Below, one piece after another: positions 19,578 to 29,325 of a stretch of DNA of 64,000 nucleotides. Source of the DNA: Bdellovibrio sp. (GTDB taxonomy: Bacteria; Bdellovibrionota; Bdellovibrionia; Bdellovibrionales; Bdellovibrionaceae); the NCBI GenBank assembly GCA_036677065.1, contig JAKFBS010000004.1, positions 256,001 to 320,000 on the forward strand, in the 5' to 3' direction. The stretch's first letter is position 1, and each line of letters begins with the position of its first letter. The translations under genes and the position numbers were made by a program. The notes beneath the pieces are model-generated. The model was not told where the DNA came from. It saw nothing but the letters and a program-made list of their open reading frames with translations, and made no database searches.

Positions 19578-19940
19578 TTAGGCTAACAGTGTAACTTGCG
19601 TTATGCAGCTCTGACAAATTTCTTTGTGGCCTTTGATAAAAACAGATTTTTTAATCGCGATGATTTTTTGACAGCGCGGACAGGGAACTTGGCCATCTTG
19701 AATTTCGAACTGAGCTTTTTTAGCTTTCAAGGCCTGAAAAATACCTAGAATAAAAAACAAGGGCACTGTAATAAAATGAAATACCGGAATTAAAATTGTA
19801 ACTAAAGCAATACCCCAGAACAGACCTAATTTTTTTAAAACATTGATCATGATATCTTGTTTTGAAAAACGACGAATCTGCAATGTGCCGCTTTGTTCTG
19901 GATCACTCGGGGTGTAAGCTTTAATCGAAATCTGTTCCAT
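19578..19940 (-). CDS. Two-TM membrane protein with CxxC...CxxC zinc ribbon (paralog B)
   Basis: CPRC...CQSC; clearly similar to 19018-19431. Confidence 0.75.
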   Translation of the reverse strand: MEQISIKAYTPSDPEQSGTLQIRRFSKQDIMINVLKKLGLFWGIALVTILIPVFHFITVPLFFILGIFQALKAKKAQFEIQDGQVPCPRCQKIIAIKKSVFIKGHKEICQSCITQVTLLA

Positions 19941-19943
19941 GGG

Positions 19944-21326
19944 TTAGTCGATCACTTTACCTGGGTTAATGATATTATCTGGATCAAAAACTTTTTTGAT
20001 GCCTTTCATGATTTCAATCTCGGTATTAGATCTCGTGTAATTTAAAAATGATTTTTTTGATAAACCTACACCGTGTTCAGCAGAAATACTGCCGTGCTGG
20101 TTTTTGACAGCTTGAAACACTAATTCATCAACCTTACGGCATTCTTTGACAAAAACTTCTTTTGTCATGCCTTCGGGCCGCAAAATATTAATATGTAAAT
20201 TGCCATCACCAATATGGCCAAACCAAATCACTTCCCAAGTAGGGTAAGCTTTCGTTAAAACCTGATCTAACTCTTGCATAAAAGCCGGAACTTTTGAAAT
20301 CGCAACGGCAATATCATTTTTGTACGGAGAATATTTTGAAAGCGATTCACTGATGTCTTCACGGTAACGCCAAAAAGTTTGCGCCTGTGCTTCAGATTGC
20401 GAAATAACACCGTCAATAATCATGCCTTGTTCTAAACACGATTCAAAAACGCTCATAACTTTTTCTTCGGCTTCTGCCGTTGGGCATTCAACTTCGCATA
20501 CGACATAAAAATCAGTGACTGTTTCAAATGGGCGGTGCAGATCATCCGTTGAAGCTAAAACTTTTTGTAATGCCTTTTCGGAAAACATTTCGTAAGCCTG
20601 CATATGGCAGTGTTTTTTAAATTCAGCATATACTTTCATGACCGAAGCCATTTGATCCAGAGCTAAAACTAAAACTTTTAATTCTGGTGGTTTGGGTGCA
20701 AGTTTAATTAAAGCTTCAGTGATAAAACCTAAGATGCCTTCGCTGCCGATAAATAAATGTCTAAGATCAAGACCAGTCGCATTTTTAACAAGGCCGTTAT
20801 TTAATTCTAAAATTTCGCCAGTGCCGGTAACAACTTTTAACCCAACAACCCAGTCACGGGTTAAACCGTAACGTACAACTTTAATACCGCCGGCATTTGT
20901 TGCAATGTTGCCGCCCATTTGCGAAGACCCGCTGGCTGCGAAATCTACAGGGTAGAATAAGCCTTTATCTACCGCGTAGTTTTGTAATTCTTCGGTAATC
21001 ATGCCTGGCTGAATGCGAACAGTTGAATCAGTTTCGTTAAATTCTAAAACTTTATTCATACGTTCAAAACTAACAACCGCTTCGCCGTGAGTCGCACAAG
21101 CTGCGCCACTTAAGCCAGTACGGCCACCCGAAGGCACTAAAGCAATTTTATGTTTACGAGCCCAGTGAACAATTTCAACAACGTCAGTTGTCGACTCAGG
21201 AAACAAAATAGCTGAGGCTTTGATGTCGTAATACGTCGTCCAATCTTTACCGTAGTAAGATAGCGAATCCGCATCGGTTTTAATTTGTTGGGGAGCTAAA
21301 GGTAATTCTTTAAGGTATGAATCCAT
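19944..21326 (-). CDS. FAD-linked D-2-hydroxyacid dehydrogenase (D-2-hydroxyglutarate dehydrogenase-like)
   Basis: SGGRTGLSGAA, GGNIATNAGG, GSEG, GHIGDGNLH and SAEHGVG motifs. Confidence 0.9.
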   Translation of the reverse strand: MDSYLKELPLAPQQIKTDADSLSYYGKDWTTYYDIKASAILFPESTTDVVEIVHWARKHKIALVPSGGRTGLSGAACATHGEAVVSFERMNKVLEFNETDSTVRIQPGMITEELQNYAVDKGLFYPVDFAASGSSQMGGNIATNAGGIKVVRYGLTRDWVVGLKVVTGTGEILELNNGLVKNATGLDLRHLFIGSEGILGFITEALIKLAPKPPELKVLVLALDQMASVMKVYAEFKKHCHMQAYEMFSEKALQKVLASTDDLHRPFETVTDFYVVCEVECPTAEAEEKVMSVFESCLEQGMIIDGVISQSEAQAQTFWRYREDISESLSKYSPYKNDIAVAISKVPAFMQELDQVLTKAYPTWEVIWFGHIGDGNLHINILRPEGMTKEVFVKECRKVDELVFQAVKNQHGSISAEHGVGLSKKSFLNYTRSNTEIEIMKGIKKVFDPDNIINPGKVID

Positions 21327-21334
21327 ACCTTAAA

Positions 21335-21517
21335 CTATCGCAAAGTTCTGATCCGAAAGAAAGAATATATTGGACATAAACCCCACCCGGCAGTGGCAAG
21401 GCCGTACAGTCCAAGGGCGTAAAACCACAAAGGGCCGCCAGCCACAGCGTATGAGAGGGCTAGAACTGAAAGTAAAAAACGAAAGGCCCTGTCCCACAGG
21501 GCCACATTACACAACAT
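21335..21517 (-). CDS. DUF2892/YgaP-like small membrane protein
   Basis: CNV..WDR..R and GLCPIYS motifs. Confidence 0.8.
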   Translation of the reverse strand: MLCNVALWDRAFRFLLSVLALSYAVAGGPLWFYALGLYGLATAGWGLCPIYSFFRIRTLR

Positions 21518-21520
21518 CGA

Positions 21521-21829
21521 TTAATTTTTAATCAAGTCTTGTAGTTCGCCAGCTTGATACATTTCCATCATGATATCAGAGCCACCAACTAATTTTTTGT
21601 TAATGTAAAGTTGTGGGATTGTCGGCCAGTTGCCGTAGTCTTTGATGCCTTGGCGAATTTCTTCGTCTTCAAGAACATTTACATCTTTAAACTGAACGCC
21701 GATATCTTGTAAAATTGCCGTAGCACGAGCAGAAAAACCGCATTGTGGAAACTGTTGCGTGCCTTTCATAAATAAAACGATTTTGTTGTCGTTTAATAAA
21801 CTATCGATTTTTGTTTTAGTGTCAGACAT
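21521..21829 (-). CDS. grxD: Monothiol glutaredoxin (Grx4)
   Basis: CGFS, WPTIPQLY and GG motifs. Confidence 0.95.
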   Translation of the reverse strand: MSDTKTKIDSLLNDNKIVLFMKGTQQFPQCGFSARATAILQDIGVQFKDVNVLEDEEIRQGIKDYGNWPTIPQLYINKKLVGGSDIMMEMYQAGELQDLIKN

Positions 21830-21844
21830 GTGAGTGTCTCCTTA

Positions 21845-22087
21845 TTATTGTTTAATTGCTGTTTTAATTGATAGAGCATGCACTTCGCCAGTTTTTAATT
21901 CTGGTCCGAAAGCTTTCATTACATGCTGGTGTTGTTCGATACGTGACAAGCCTTTAAACGCCTGGCTTTTTACGGCGACTTCCCAGTGGTCTGAAGTTCC
22001 TGTGAGGTCAAAAACCTGAATTTCAGAATTCGGGTCACAGTCGGGATAGTGTTCTTGCAATCTTTGTTTCATCTGATCTAATGTCAT
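21845..22087 (-). CDS. bolA: BolA/IbaG family protein
   Basis: DH...FKGLSRIEQHQHV...VHALSIKT; ATG at 22087 chosen over the ORF-track start at 22105. Confidence 0.9.
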   Translation of the reverse strand: MTLDQMKQRLQEHYPDCDPNSEIQVFDLTGTSDHWEVAVKSQAFKGLSRIEQHQHVMKAFGPELKTGEVHALSIKTAIKQ

Positions 22088-22091
22088 AGAT

Positions 22092-23888
22092 ATGAGTGAT
22101 AACAAAAATCCGCAGTCGAATCAAGGTGCGAAGCCTCTGTCTTTAGCTAAACAAGTGCTGAAGTTCACTATATCGCTTTTAGCTCTGTATTTAGGAATCA
22201 GAATTCTGTTTTTAGGATGGAATTTTGTACAATTTCGTCAGTTTACGGCTAGCGAACTAGCACTTAGTTTTTTGCATGGCTTACGTTTCGACTTGGTTAT
22301 TGTTGTACCGATCGTGTTTGTGACTGTTCTTGCCTTACTTATTCCAAACAGACTTTTACGTTTTTTAGCTTTAAATGCGATCACTCTAGGGCATGCGGTT
22401 TTGATTTTTGGAAATTTTATCGATGTTGAATTAGTGAATTTTATGGGCCGCCGATTTGCCAGATCAAGTCTGTATTTAGCAACTGAAGGGCAAAATACAA
22501 ACATGCTTCAGTACGGCTATTTAGCGGCGCTGACATTCATTGGATTAAGTGTGTTTCTTGTTCTTTGTTATAAAAGCTATTTTAAAATCAGACCTGAAAT
22601 TGCGCCTCTGTCGCTTAAAGCTAAAAGCATTTTTGTTATTGCCATGATTCCGTTAGTGATTATTTTTGGCCGTGGCGGTCTGCAACTTAAGCCAATTAGT
22701 TATGTGGATGCTAAAATTTTACCGCATACTTACGCCCATCATTTAGTGTTAAACACAAGTTTTACCTTTTTAAAAAGTTTTGGAAAATCTGCTTTTCAAA
22801 GAGAAAAATATTTCACTGAATCTGAGTTATTAAAGTATTTAAACCCTGCGCAAACGACGAAAAAATACGAGGCGCAAAAAGCCAACGGGTATAACTTAGT
22901 TATTTTTATTATCGAGAGTTTGTCGAAAGAATACCTTTCACCCAAACGCACACCGTACTTAACCGAGCTGATCAAAAAAGGTGTTTATTTCGATAAATCT
23001 TATGCCAACGGTCGCAGGTCAGTTGAAGGCATCGCCTCGATATTGGCGGGGATTCCTGCATTGATGGAAGAGCCTTTTTTGAATTCAGAATTTGCGACGA
23101 ATGAATTTATGGGACTGGGGCAGTTATTAAAAAAGCAAAATTATAACACGAGCTTTTTTCACGGTGCTAAAAACGGAACCATGCGTTTTGATGTCTTCAC
23201 CAAAGCCAGTGGATTTGATCGTTACTTTGGAAAGAACGAATACCCTGATTCTAACCAAGACGACGGTTTTTGGGGTATTTACGACGAGCCTTTTTTGCAG
23301 TTCACCTGCGACAAAATGACCGAGATTAAACAGCCGTTTGCTTCGGTAGTCTTTACTTTATCTTCACACCAACCTTTTAAAGTTCCAGACGCCTTCGATA
23401 AAACTTATCAAGGTGATGCGAATGAAATTCCGGTGTTAAAGTCGATCAGTTATGTCGATCATTCGATTAAAAGCTATATGGAGTGCGCAAAAAAACAAGC
23501 TTGGTTTGATAAAACTATTTTTGTATTTATGGCCGATCACACGGGCCCATCTATAGATCCTGCGACAGCAGATTTTGAACAGCTGTTTGAAATCCCGATT
23601 TTATTTTACGCCAAAAATATCGAGATATTACAGGGTTTAAACCCTAACCAGTATGCCCAGCAAATCGATTTATTTCCGACGTTAAACGAGCTTTTTAACT
23701 TAGGCTATATCAACACCAATCACTTAGCCAGATCGCTGTACAGCCAAGGCCCTAAGACGATTGCGCTCTATACAGATCAGCATTATCAGCTGGTGGGCGA
23801 CACTGAAAAAACTGATAATCATTTAAAGGCGATTAAACAGTATTTCAGTCAGGGCCTGTACGATAATCGCTTGTATTTTCCGCGATAA
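22092..23888 (+). CDS. LTA synthase/phosphoglycerol transferase family (sulfatase fold)
   Basis: N-terminal TM helices with GLRFD; IIESL, RSVEG, SSHQPF, ADH and QQID motifs. Confidence 0.88.
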   Translation: MSDNKNPQSNQGAKPLSLAKQVLKFTISLLALYLGIRILFLGWNFVQFRQFTASELALSFLHGLRFDLVIVVPIVFVTVLALLIPNRLLRFLALNAITLGHAVLIFGNFIDVELVNFMGRRFARSSLYLATEGQNTNMLQYGYLAALTFIGLSVFLVLCYKSYFKIRPEIAPLSLKAKSIFVIAMIPLVIIFGRGGLQLKPISYVDAKILPHTYAHHLVLNTSFTFLKSFGKSAFQREKYFTESELLKYLNPAQTTKKYEAQKANGYNLVIFIIESLSKEYLSPKRTPYLTELIKKGVYFDKSYANGRRSVEGIASILAGIPALMEEPFLNSEFATNEFMGLGQLLKKQNYNTSFFHGAKNGTMRFDVFTKASGFDRYFGKNEYPDSNQDDGFWGIYDEPFLQFTCDKMTEIKQPFASVVFTLSSHQPFKVPDAFDKTYQGDANEIPVLKSISYVDHSIKSYMECAKKQAWFDKTIFVFMADHTGPSIDPATADFEQLFEIPILFYAKNIEILQGLNPNQYAQQIDLFPTLNELFNLGYINTNHLARSLYSQGPKTIALYTDQHYQLVGDTEKTDNHLKAIKQYFSQGLYDNRLYFPR

Positions 23889-23905
23889 AACATTAAAAAA
23901 ATCCT

Positions 23906-24220
23906 ATGTCAGATTACGGCGATTATTTTACTCCGGCCTCGGAGTCGCATCAAAAAATCGAAAAAGCCAAAGCCCGCGAAATGCGCCAATCCGTATGGTG
24001 GAAGCAGGTGCTTGGCAAAGGCAAATGTTATCACTGCGAAAAGCAGTTTAAAGCAGAAGCTTTGACGATGGATCATTTAATTCCCATCGCTCGCGGCGGT
24101 AAAACTGATAAGAAAAACTGCGTACCTAGCTGCAAAGACTGCAACACCAAAAAAGGCTATAAAACCAGAGCAGAAATGGCGATGGAAGAGTTAGCTAAAA
24201 AAGATTCTACTGAAGAGTAG
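23906..24220 (+). CDS. HNH endonuclease family protein
   Basis: CYHC, MDHLIPIARGG, N...CKDCNTKK. Confidence 0.92.
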   Translation: MSDYGDYFTPASESHQKIEKAKAREMRQSVWWKQVLGKGKCYHCEKQFKAEALTMDHLIPIARGGKTDKKNCVPSCKDCNTKKGYKTRAEMAMEELAKKDSTEE

Positions 24221-24226
24221 TTATTA

Positions 24227-24673
24227 TTATCTAAACGCGCGATGTAGTTTAGTTTTAGTCGTGCAAGATCTTGTTCCATCCGGATGATCCACACACACTT
24301 TTTCTTCTTGATAATCAGCAGATTGGCTATTGTATTGGCCATTTGATAAATCGTTTAAATCACCACTTACACCACGCCCTGAAACCACTTTTCCCGGTGG
24401 GTTTGAAACGTGAAAAATCGCCACTAAAACCAATGAAAAAACAAAGATGACTGCGACTGGTAAAATGTGTGATTTAAAATTAAATTCTTTAGGTTTCAAC
24501 AAATCAGAATATTGCGCATCAAGTGCCAACACTTCGCGTGAATTTTCAAGATTTGCCGGAGGTAAATTCTGTTTATGCGCTGGCACATTATAGCTTGGAC
24601 GCGTCGGAAGTTGTTCGCCTTTTTGGGGCCCTGTGACCAGCTGTTTTTTTGTTTTAAAATCTACCTTAGACAT
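24227..24673 (-). CDS. Hypothetical single-TM protein
   Basis: One TM helix, C-terminal Cys pair; sigma28-type promoter upstream. Confidence 0.65.
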   Translation of the reverse strand: MSKVDFKTKKQLVTGPQKGEQLPTRPSYNVPAHKQNLPPANLENSREVLALDAQYSDLLKPKEFNFKSHILPVAVIFVFSLVLVAIFHVSNPPGKVVSGRGVSGDLNDLSNGQYNSQSADYQEEKVCVDHPDGTRSCTTKTKLHRAFR

Positions 24674-24679
24674 GGTTAT

Positions 24680-24707
24680 TTATCGGTAGAGCAGCGCTTG
24701 GTCTTGA
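24680..24707 (-). promoter_or_regulatory. Putative sigma28 (FliA) promoter
   Basis: TCAAG-N15-ACCGATAA, 6 nt before the ATG. Confidence 0.7.
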
Positions 24708-24790
24708 ATGACTCATTTTGATGCATAATACGCGCAAAATATGCATAAAAGATTCATTGAGGATAGAGCTAGTTATGGTTAGATTACGGA

Positions 24791-26221
24791 ATGCAAAATA
24801 CACATCCAATTATTATTCAAGGTGGAATGGGAATCGCAGTCTCTGACTGGAGACTAGCAAAAACCGTAGCAGAAACAGGGCAGCTTGGAATCGTTTCTGG
24901 AACCGCAATTAATTCAGTATTAGTCAGACGTCTTCAAGATGGTGATTCACAAGGTGATACTCGTCGCGCATTAAAAGCTTTTCCTTCACAAGAGATCGCA
25001 CAGAAAATTTTAGACAATTATTTTATCGAAGGTGGCCGTCCCAAAGACCAACCGTACAAACGCGCTCCGATGTTTAATATTAAATCTTCACAATTATTAT
25101 TACAAACTACGGTAGCCGCTGCTTTTGTTGAAGTGTGGTTAGCTCGAGAAGGTCATACTGGTAAAGTGGGTATTAATCTTTTAGAAAAAGTTCACTTACC
25201 AAACTTACCCTGTCTTTACGGCGCTATGCTTGCCGGTGTGGATTACGTTATCATGGGTGCAGGGATTCCGCGTGAAATTCCAGGTTGCTTAGATTTATTA
25301 AGCGAAAATAAAACCGCAGCGATCAAAGTTCCCGTTGTTGGTCAGGATGAAGACTCACTTACATATTTTAATCCAGTAGAAGTTATGGAAAACACGGCGT
25401 TAGTTCCTTTAAAACGTCCGTTCTTTTTTCCGATTGTTTCGTCTGCTGTTTTAGCTAAGAACTTAAAATTAAAATCTACAGGCCGTGTTGATGGTTTTAT
25501 CGTAGAGGGTCCTTTAGCCGGTGGTCACAATGCGCCTCCGCGTGGACCAATGAAATTAAATGCTCTAGGCGAACCAATCTATGGTGAACGCGATGCTGTT
25601 GACCTTGCAGATATGAAAGCCTTAGAGCTTCCATTCTGGATGGCCGGTTATTATGCCACTCCTGAAAAATTAAAAGATGTTCAATCACAAGGTGCCCACG
25701 GTATTCAAGTCGGTACTTTATTCGCATTTTCAGATGAATCAGGTGTAGCTCTTGAACACCGTCAGTTTGCGATTGATCAAATTAAAAATAAACCTGCTCC
25801 TGAAGGCGGTTGGATTTTTACAGATCCAAGATCATCTCCTACAAACTTTCCGTTTAAAGCGGCTCGTTTTCCAGGAACAATCTCAGAAGAAAAATTATAT
25901 TTAGCGCGTACTCGCATCTGTGATTTAGGTTATTTACGTCACGCTTACAAAAAAGAAGACGGAACCGTTGGTCAGCGTTGTCCTGCAGAGCCGGTCAAAG
26001 ACTATCTTAAAAAAGGTGGCCTTGAAGAAGACACTGTCGGAAGAAAGTGTTTATGTAATGCTTTGATGGCCGATGTGGGCATGGGGCAAATCCAAGCTAA
26101 CGGTGAACCAGAATTGCCATTATTAACTGCCGGCGATGATTTAAATAACATCGTACGCATGATTAAACCGGGTAAAAACTCGTATTCGGCAAAAGATGTG
26201 ATCGCTTATCTTCTAGCTTAA
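24791..26221 (+). CDS. Nitronate monooxygenase/2-nitropropane dioxygenase family flavoprotein
   Basis: IIQGGMG, MGAGIP, EGPLAGGH and GIQVGTLF motifs; C-terminal Cys cluster. Confidence 0.88.
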   Translation: MQNTHPIIIQGGMGIAVSDWRLAKTVAETGQLGIVSGTAINSVLVRRLQDGDSQGDTRRALKAFPSQEIAQKILDNYFIEGGRPKDQPYKRAPMFNIKSSQLLLQTTVAAAFVEVWLAREGHTGKVGINLLEKVHLPNLPCLYGAMLAGVDYVIMGAGIPREIPGCLDLLSENKTAAIKVPVVGQDEDSLTYFNPVEVMENTALVPLKRPFFFPIVSSAVLAKNLKLKSTGRVDGFIVEGPLAGGHNAPPRGPMKLNALGEPIYGERDAVDLADMKALELPFWMAGYYATPEKLKDVQSQGAHGIQVGTLFAFSDESGVALEHRQFAIDQIKNKPAPEGGWIFTDPRSSPTNFPFKAARFPGTISEEKLYLARTRICDLGYLRHAYKKEDGTVGQRCPAEPVKDYLKKGGLEEDTVGRKCLCNALMADVGMGQIQANGEPELPLLTAGDDLNNIVRMIKPGKNSYSAKDVIAYLLA

Positions 26222-26389
26222 GTTATAATCTGGCAGGCCTGAAAATTACGGCATTGTGTTTAAAAATTAGGGTAAACATCAGATTTACGCTACGCACAAG
26301 GCACTTATTTAGCCCAAAGGCTTGCTTTTTTTACCCAAAAACCCCTTCAATAATGAATGATACCTTAAAATTCAGTATCGATTTATGTA

Positions 26390-28063
26390 TTGAAAGGCCT
26401 TGTTTTGAGCAAAATTACGAAAAGTAGTACGGCAGAATATTTCGCAAAAAACCTTCAACAGGTAGGGTTTTCTTCACCTTTAAAAGCGGTTTTAACCACT
26501 CTTAAAGAGGCTGTTGATAACTCGCTTGATGCTTGCGAAGGTGCTGAAATTCTTCCGGAATTAGAAATTGAAGTTAAAAAAGTTGGTGTTGGATCGACGA
26601 AAAACACCGATTTAATCAGGATTGTCGTAGAAGATAACGGACCCGGAATCGATGGCGATGATTTAGCTAAGGTTTTCGGAGAGTATTTAGCCTCTTCTAA
26701 ATTTGGCCGCGGACAATGTTCGCGCGGGCAACAAGGTATTGGTATTTCTGCAGCGACAACATGGGCGCAGATGACCAATGCAAAAGGTGTTCAAGTTATT
26801 TCAAAAACAAAAAACATGCGCAAAGCCATCAGTGCGCAAGTTGACGTCGATATTAAGACAAATACCGGTATTTTACGTAATAAAGAGACCCTAGAATGGA
26901 AGAAAAATAACGGCACTCGCGTTGAATTCCTTATGGATGGCCGCATTCAAATGAATGGTGACGGTGGTCTTTTAACTTACATTGAAGGTACTGTTTTAGT
27001 TAATCCGCATTTAACAGTAACTTACAAATTAGGTGACACTGATAAAGGTAAAATTGAGCGCGTTTCAAATGAAACTCCAGAAATTCCTGAAGCAACTTTA
27101 CCGCATCCGCACACGTTTAAATTGGGTGAATTTATCACGCATTCTCATTTGTACGGAAAAATCTCTTTATCTAAGTTTTTAAAGACAGGTTTTTCGCGAA
27201 TTTCTGATCAATCGATCAAAGATTTCGTAAAACATGGAATGCCTAAAGGCCTTGTTGATAAAAATCTTGGCTCTATGAGCGAAGAAGATTTCAAAAAAGC
27301 ATTCCAAGCTGTTCAAGCCACTGAATTAATGGCTCCTTCGACAAAATCGGTTTTAACGGTAGGTGAAGATGCACTTGCAAAATCGATTGAACGTTTAGGG
27401 CAAGTGGATTTCTTATCAGTAGTGACAAGAAAACCAACGATTTGTGACTTTAAACCTGTGGTTGTCGAAGTGGCATTAGCGCGCTTTATCGATCGCGGAT
27501 CAGAAGGCGAGCCCGTTCAACTTTTACGTTTTGCGAATCGTGTTCCGTTACAATTTGATAAATCAGGTTGTGCAATCACTTGGGCGATTGAATCAGTTAA
27601 CTGGAAATCTTATGGTTTAGGACAACCGAAAGAATCGTTACCACAAGGGCCATACGTTTTTGCGGTTTCAATTGTTTCTCCGTTTATTAAATTTAAAAAT
27701 GCGTCGAAAGAAACAATCGATGCTTCTGATGAATTAGTTGAAGAAATCCGTCGTGCGTTAATGCAAGCCGGACAAAAACTTTCACGTCATATCAAACATG
27801 AAATGAAAGAAGCTGATTTAGAAAGAAAACTAGCGCATATCGAGCAGTTTGGCCCGATTCTAGTAGAAAAACTGGTTACAATTTCTGGAGCAAACGCTTC
27901 TAGAAAGAAAAAAGCCGAAGAAGGATTACGTAAGATTTTAGGACGCGATTCTGACGAAGCAGTAAATCAACTAGAAGAAGCTCAAACTAAATTAGCTGCA
28001 CAAAAACAAAAAGAAGCTAAAAAAATGGGTTCAGCAGCTGATGAAGCTGGTAAAGGTTCATAA
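26390..28063 (+). CDS. top6B: DNA topoisomerase VI subunit B (start may be TTG 26405)
   Basis: GHKL motifs EAVDNSLDA, DNGPG, SRGQQGIG; PHPH; RFANRVPL; SKE transducer motif. Confidence 0.95.
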   Translation: MKGLVLSKITKSSTAEYFAKNLQQVGFSSPLKAVLTTLKEAVDNSLDACEGAEILPELEIEVKKVGVGSTKNTDLIRIVVEDNGPGIDGDDLAKVFGEYLASSKFGRGQCSRGQQGIGISAATTWAQMTNAKGVQVISKTKNMRKAISAQVDVDIKTNTGILRNKETLEWKKNNGTRVEFLMDGRIQMNGDGGLLTYIEGTVLVNPHLTVTYKLGDTDKGKIERVSNETPEIPEATLPHPHTFKLGEFITHSHLYGKISLSKFLKTGFSRISDQSIKDFVKHGMPKGLVDKNLGSMSEEDFKKAFQAVQATELMAPSTKSVLTVGEDALAKSIERLGQVDFLSVVTRKPTICDFKPVVVEVALARFIDRGSEGEPVQLLRFANRVPLQFDKSGCAITWAIESVNWKSYGLGQPKESLPQGPYVFAVSIVSPFIKFKNASKETIDASDELVEEIRRALMQAGQKLSRHIKHEMKEADLERKLAHIEQFGPILVEKLVTISGANASRKKKAEEGLRKILGRDSDEAVNQLEEAQTKLAAQKQKEAKKMGSAADEAGKGS

Positions 28064-28090
28064 GTTTAAGCGAAGCTTAACGGAGATAAA

Positions 28091-29251
28091 GTGGCATTAA
28101 TTAAAGTTCGTGAATTAAGATTAGATATTCCTAAAGAAGCTAAAAACTTAGCTGAAAGAATGCTTTCTGATTTAGAAAAATCAAAAAGACCCTACTTAGA
28201 GGCAGTAAAAACTTCTTTAGATAACTCAAACTACAATGCAAAAGTGGGTTATTTAACTCCCGGAGAAAAAATTGTTCGCACAGAACTAAATGTTTCTTCA
28301 GTACAAAAATTAGCGCGCGTTGTTTTCATGTTAGAAATTTTACTTCGCAATTTAGATATCGGCGCAGTGAATACAAAAAGGGAGTTATACTACATCTGTA
28401 AAGGTCTTATCAAAGGCGACAACAGATACAGACCGTTAGATTTTGATGATCAGGATGAATCAGACAGCATCATCGATTTTATCGGTGATATGTTAGAAGT
28501 TTATCGTGAAGAATTAAACTGCTACGCCAATGATCGTGGTGGCCAAACTTACTCTCAGCAGTTAGTTGTAACTGAAACACTACCAGACGGGGATAAAGCC
28601 AATGTTGATTTATCTACGCTTGGAACAACGCCGTTTCAGCCAAAAAACAGACCGCAATCTTTAAAACTTAAAGCTAAAAAGAAAATTGATTTCTGCTTAG
28701 TGGTAGAGTCTGAAGGTACTGCCGGCACCCTGCAATCAATGGGTTTCACAAAACGTAATAACTGTATTTTGATGGGTGCTCAAGGGGTTCCATCAAATGG
28801 TGTTCGCGGTTGGTGTAAACTAATCGAAAACCAGCTAGACGTACCGATGTATTTCTTCGGGGATCTGGATGCGTACACGATGCAAAATATCTTCCGTACG
28901 TTAAAAGCAGGATCTGCTGCTTCATTAATTCGTAACGGCGATTTCTCGGCACCGAACGTAAGATTCTTAGGAGTTTTACCGGGCGATGTGAAAAAATATG
29001 ATCTTCCACATTACAAAGTTAAAGAATCTGATCCTGCAGAAGCAAGACAGCTTAAAAAAGCAAAAGATGCGCTAGAGAACGATCCATTCTTCCGTGATAA
29101 AAAGAATAAAGAGTTGTCAGATATTTTACGCTGGTTAATTAAAGAAAAAATCCGTTGCGAGCAACAAAGTTATTTCTCGGTTGACCCAAAAGATCCGATC
29201 AAGACTGAAAAAATCATTCTTGAAAAGATTAAACGTGGAGACTACGTTTAA
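28091..29251 (+). CDS. top6A: DNA topoisomerase VI subunit A (Spo11-like)
   Basis: TKRELYY catalytic Tyr region; TOPRIM VVE and FGDLDAY motifs. Confidence 0.93.
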   Translation: MALIKVRELRLDIPKEAKNLAERMLSDLEKSKRPYLEAVKTSLDNSNYNAKVGYLTPGEKIVRTELNVSSVQKLARVVFMLEILLRNLDIGAVNTKRELYYICKGLIKGDNRYRPLDFDDQDESDSIIDFIGDMLEVYREELNCYANDRGGQTYSQQLVVTETLPDGDKANVDLSTLGTTPFQPKNRPQSLKLKAKKKIDFCLVVESEGTAGTLQSMGFTKRNNCILMGAQGVPSNGVRGWCKLIENQLDVPMYFFGDLDAYTMQNIFRTLKAGSAASLIRNGDFSAPNVRFLGVLPGDVKKYDLPHYKVKESDPAEARQLKKAKDALENDPFFRDKKNKELSDILRWLIKEKIRCEQQSYFSVDPKDPIKTEKIILEKIKRGDYV

Positions 29252-29278
29252 GTTAAGAAATTCGACTTCGTCGAAATT

Positions 29279-29309
29279 AAAAAAAGCCAGGGTGACCTGG
29301 CTTTTTTTT
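29279..29309. terminator. Bidirectional intrinsic terminator
   Basis: A7-GCCAGG-gtga-CCTGGC-T8 between convergent genes. Confidence 0.9.
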
Positions 29310-29325
29310 ATACGTTCCTTACCTT

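Noticed and set aside
23906..24220. HNH gene as a mobile or defence element
   Set aside because: Short stand-alone HNH with no flanking repeats, methylase or intron context.
24721..24748. ATGCATAA direct repeat, 20 bp apart
   Set aside because: Could be an operator, but two 8-mers in AT-rich DNA are too weak to support a call.
26298..26314. GG-N10-GC box upstream of top6B
   Set aside because: The -12 element reads TAGC and lies far from the start; may be chance, so not called.
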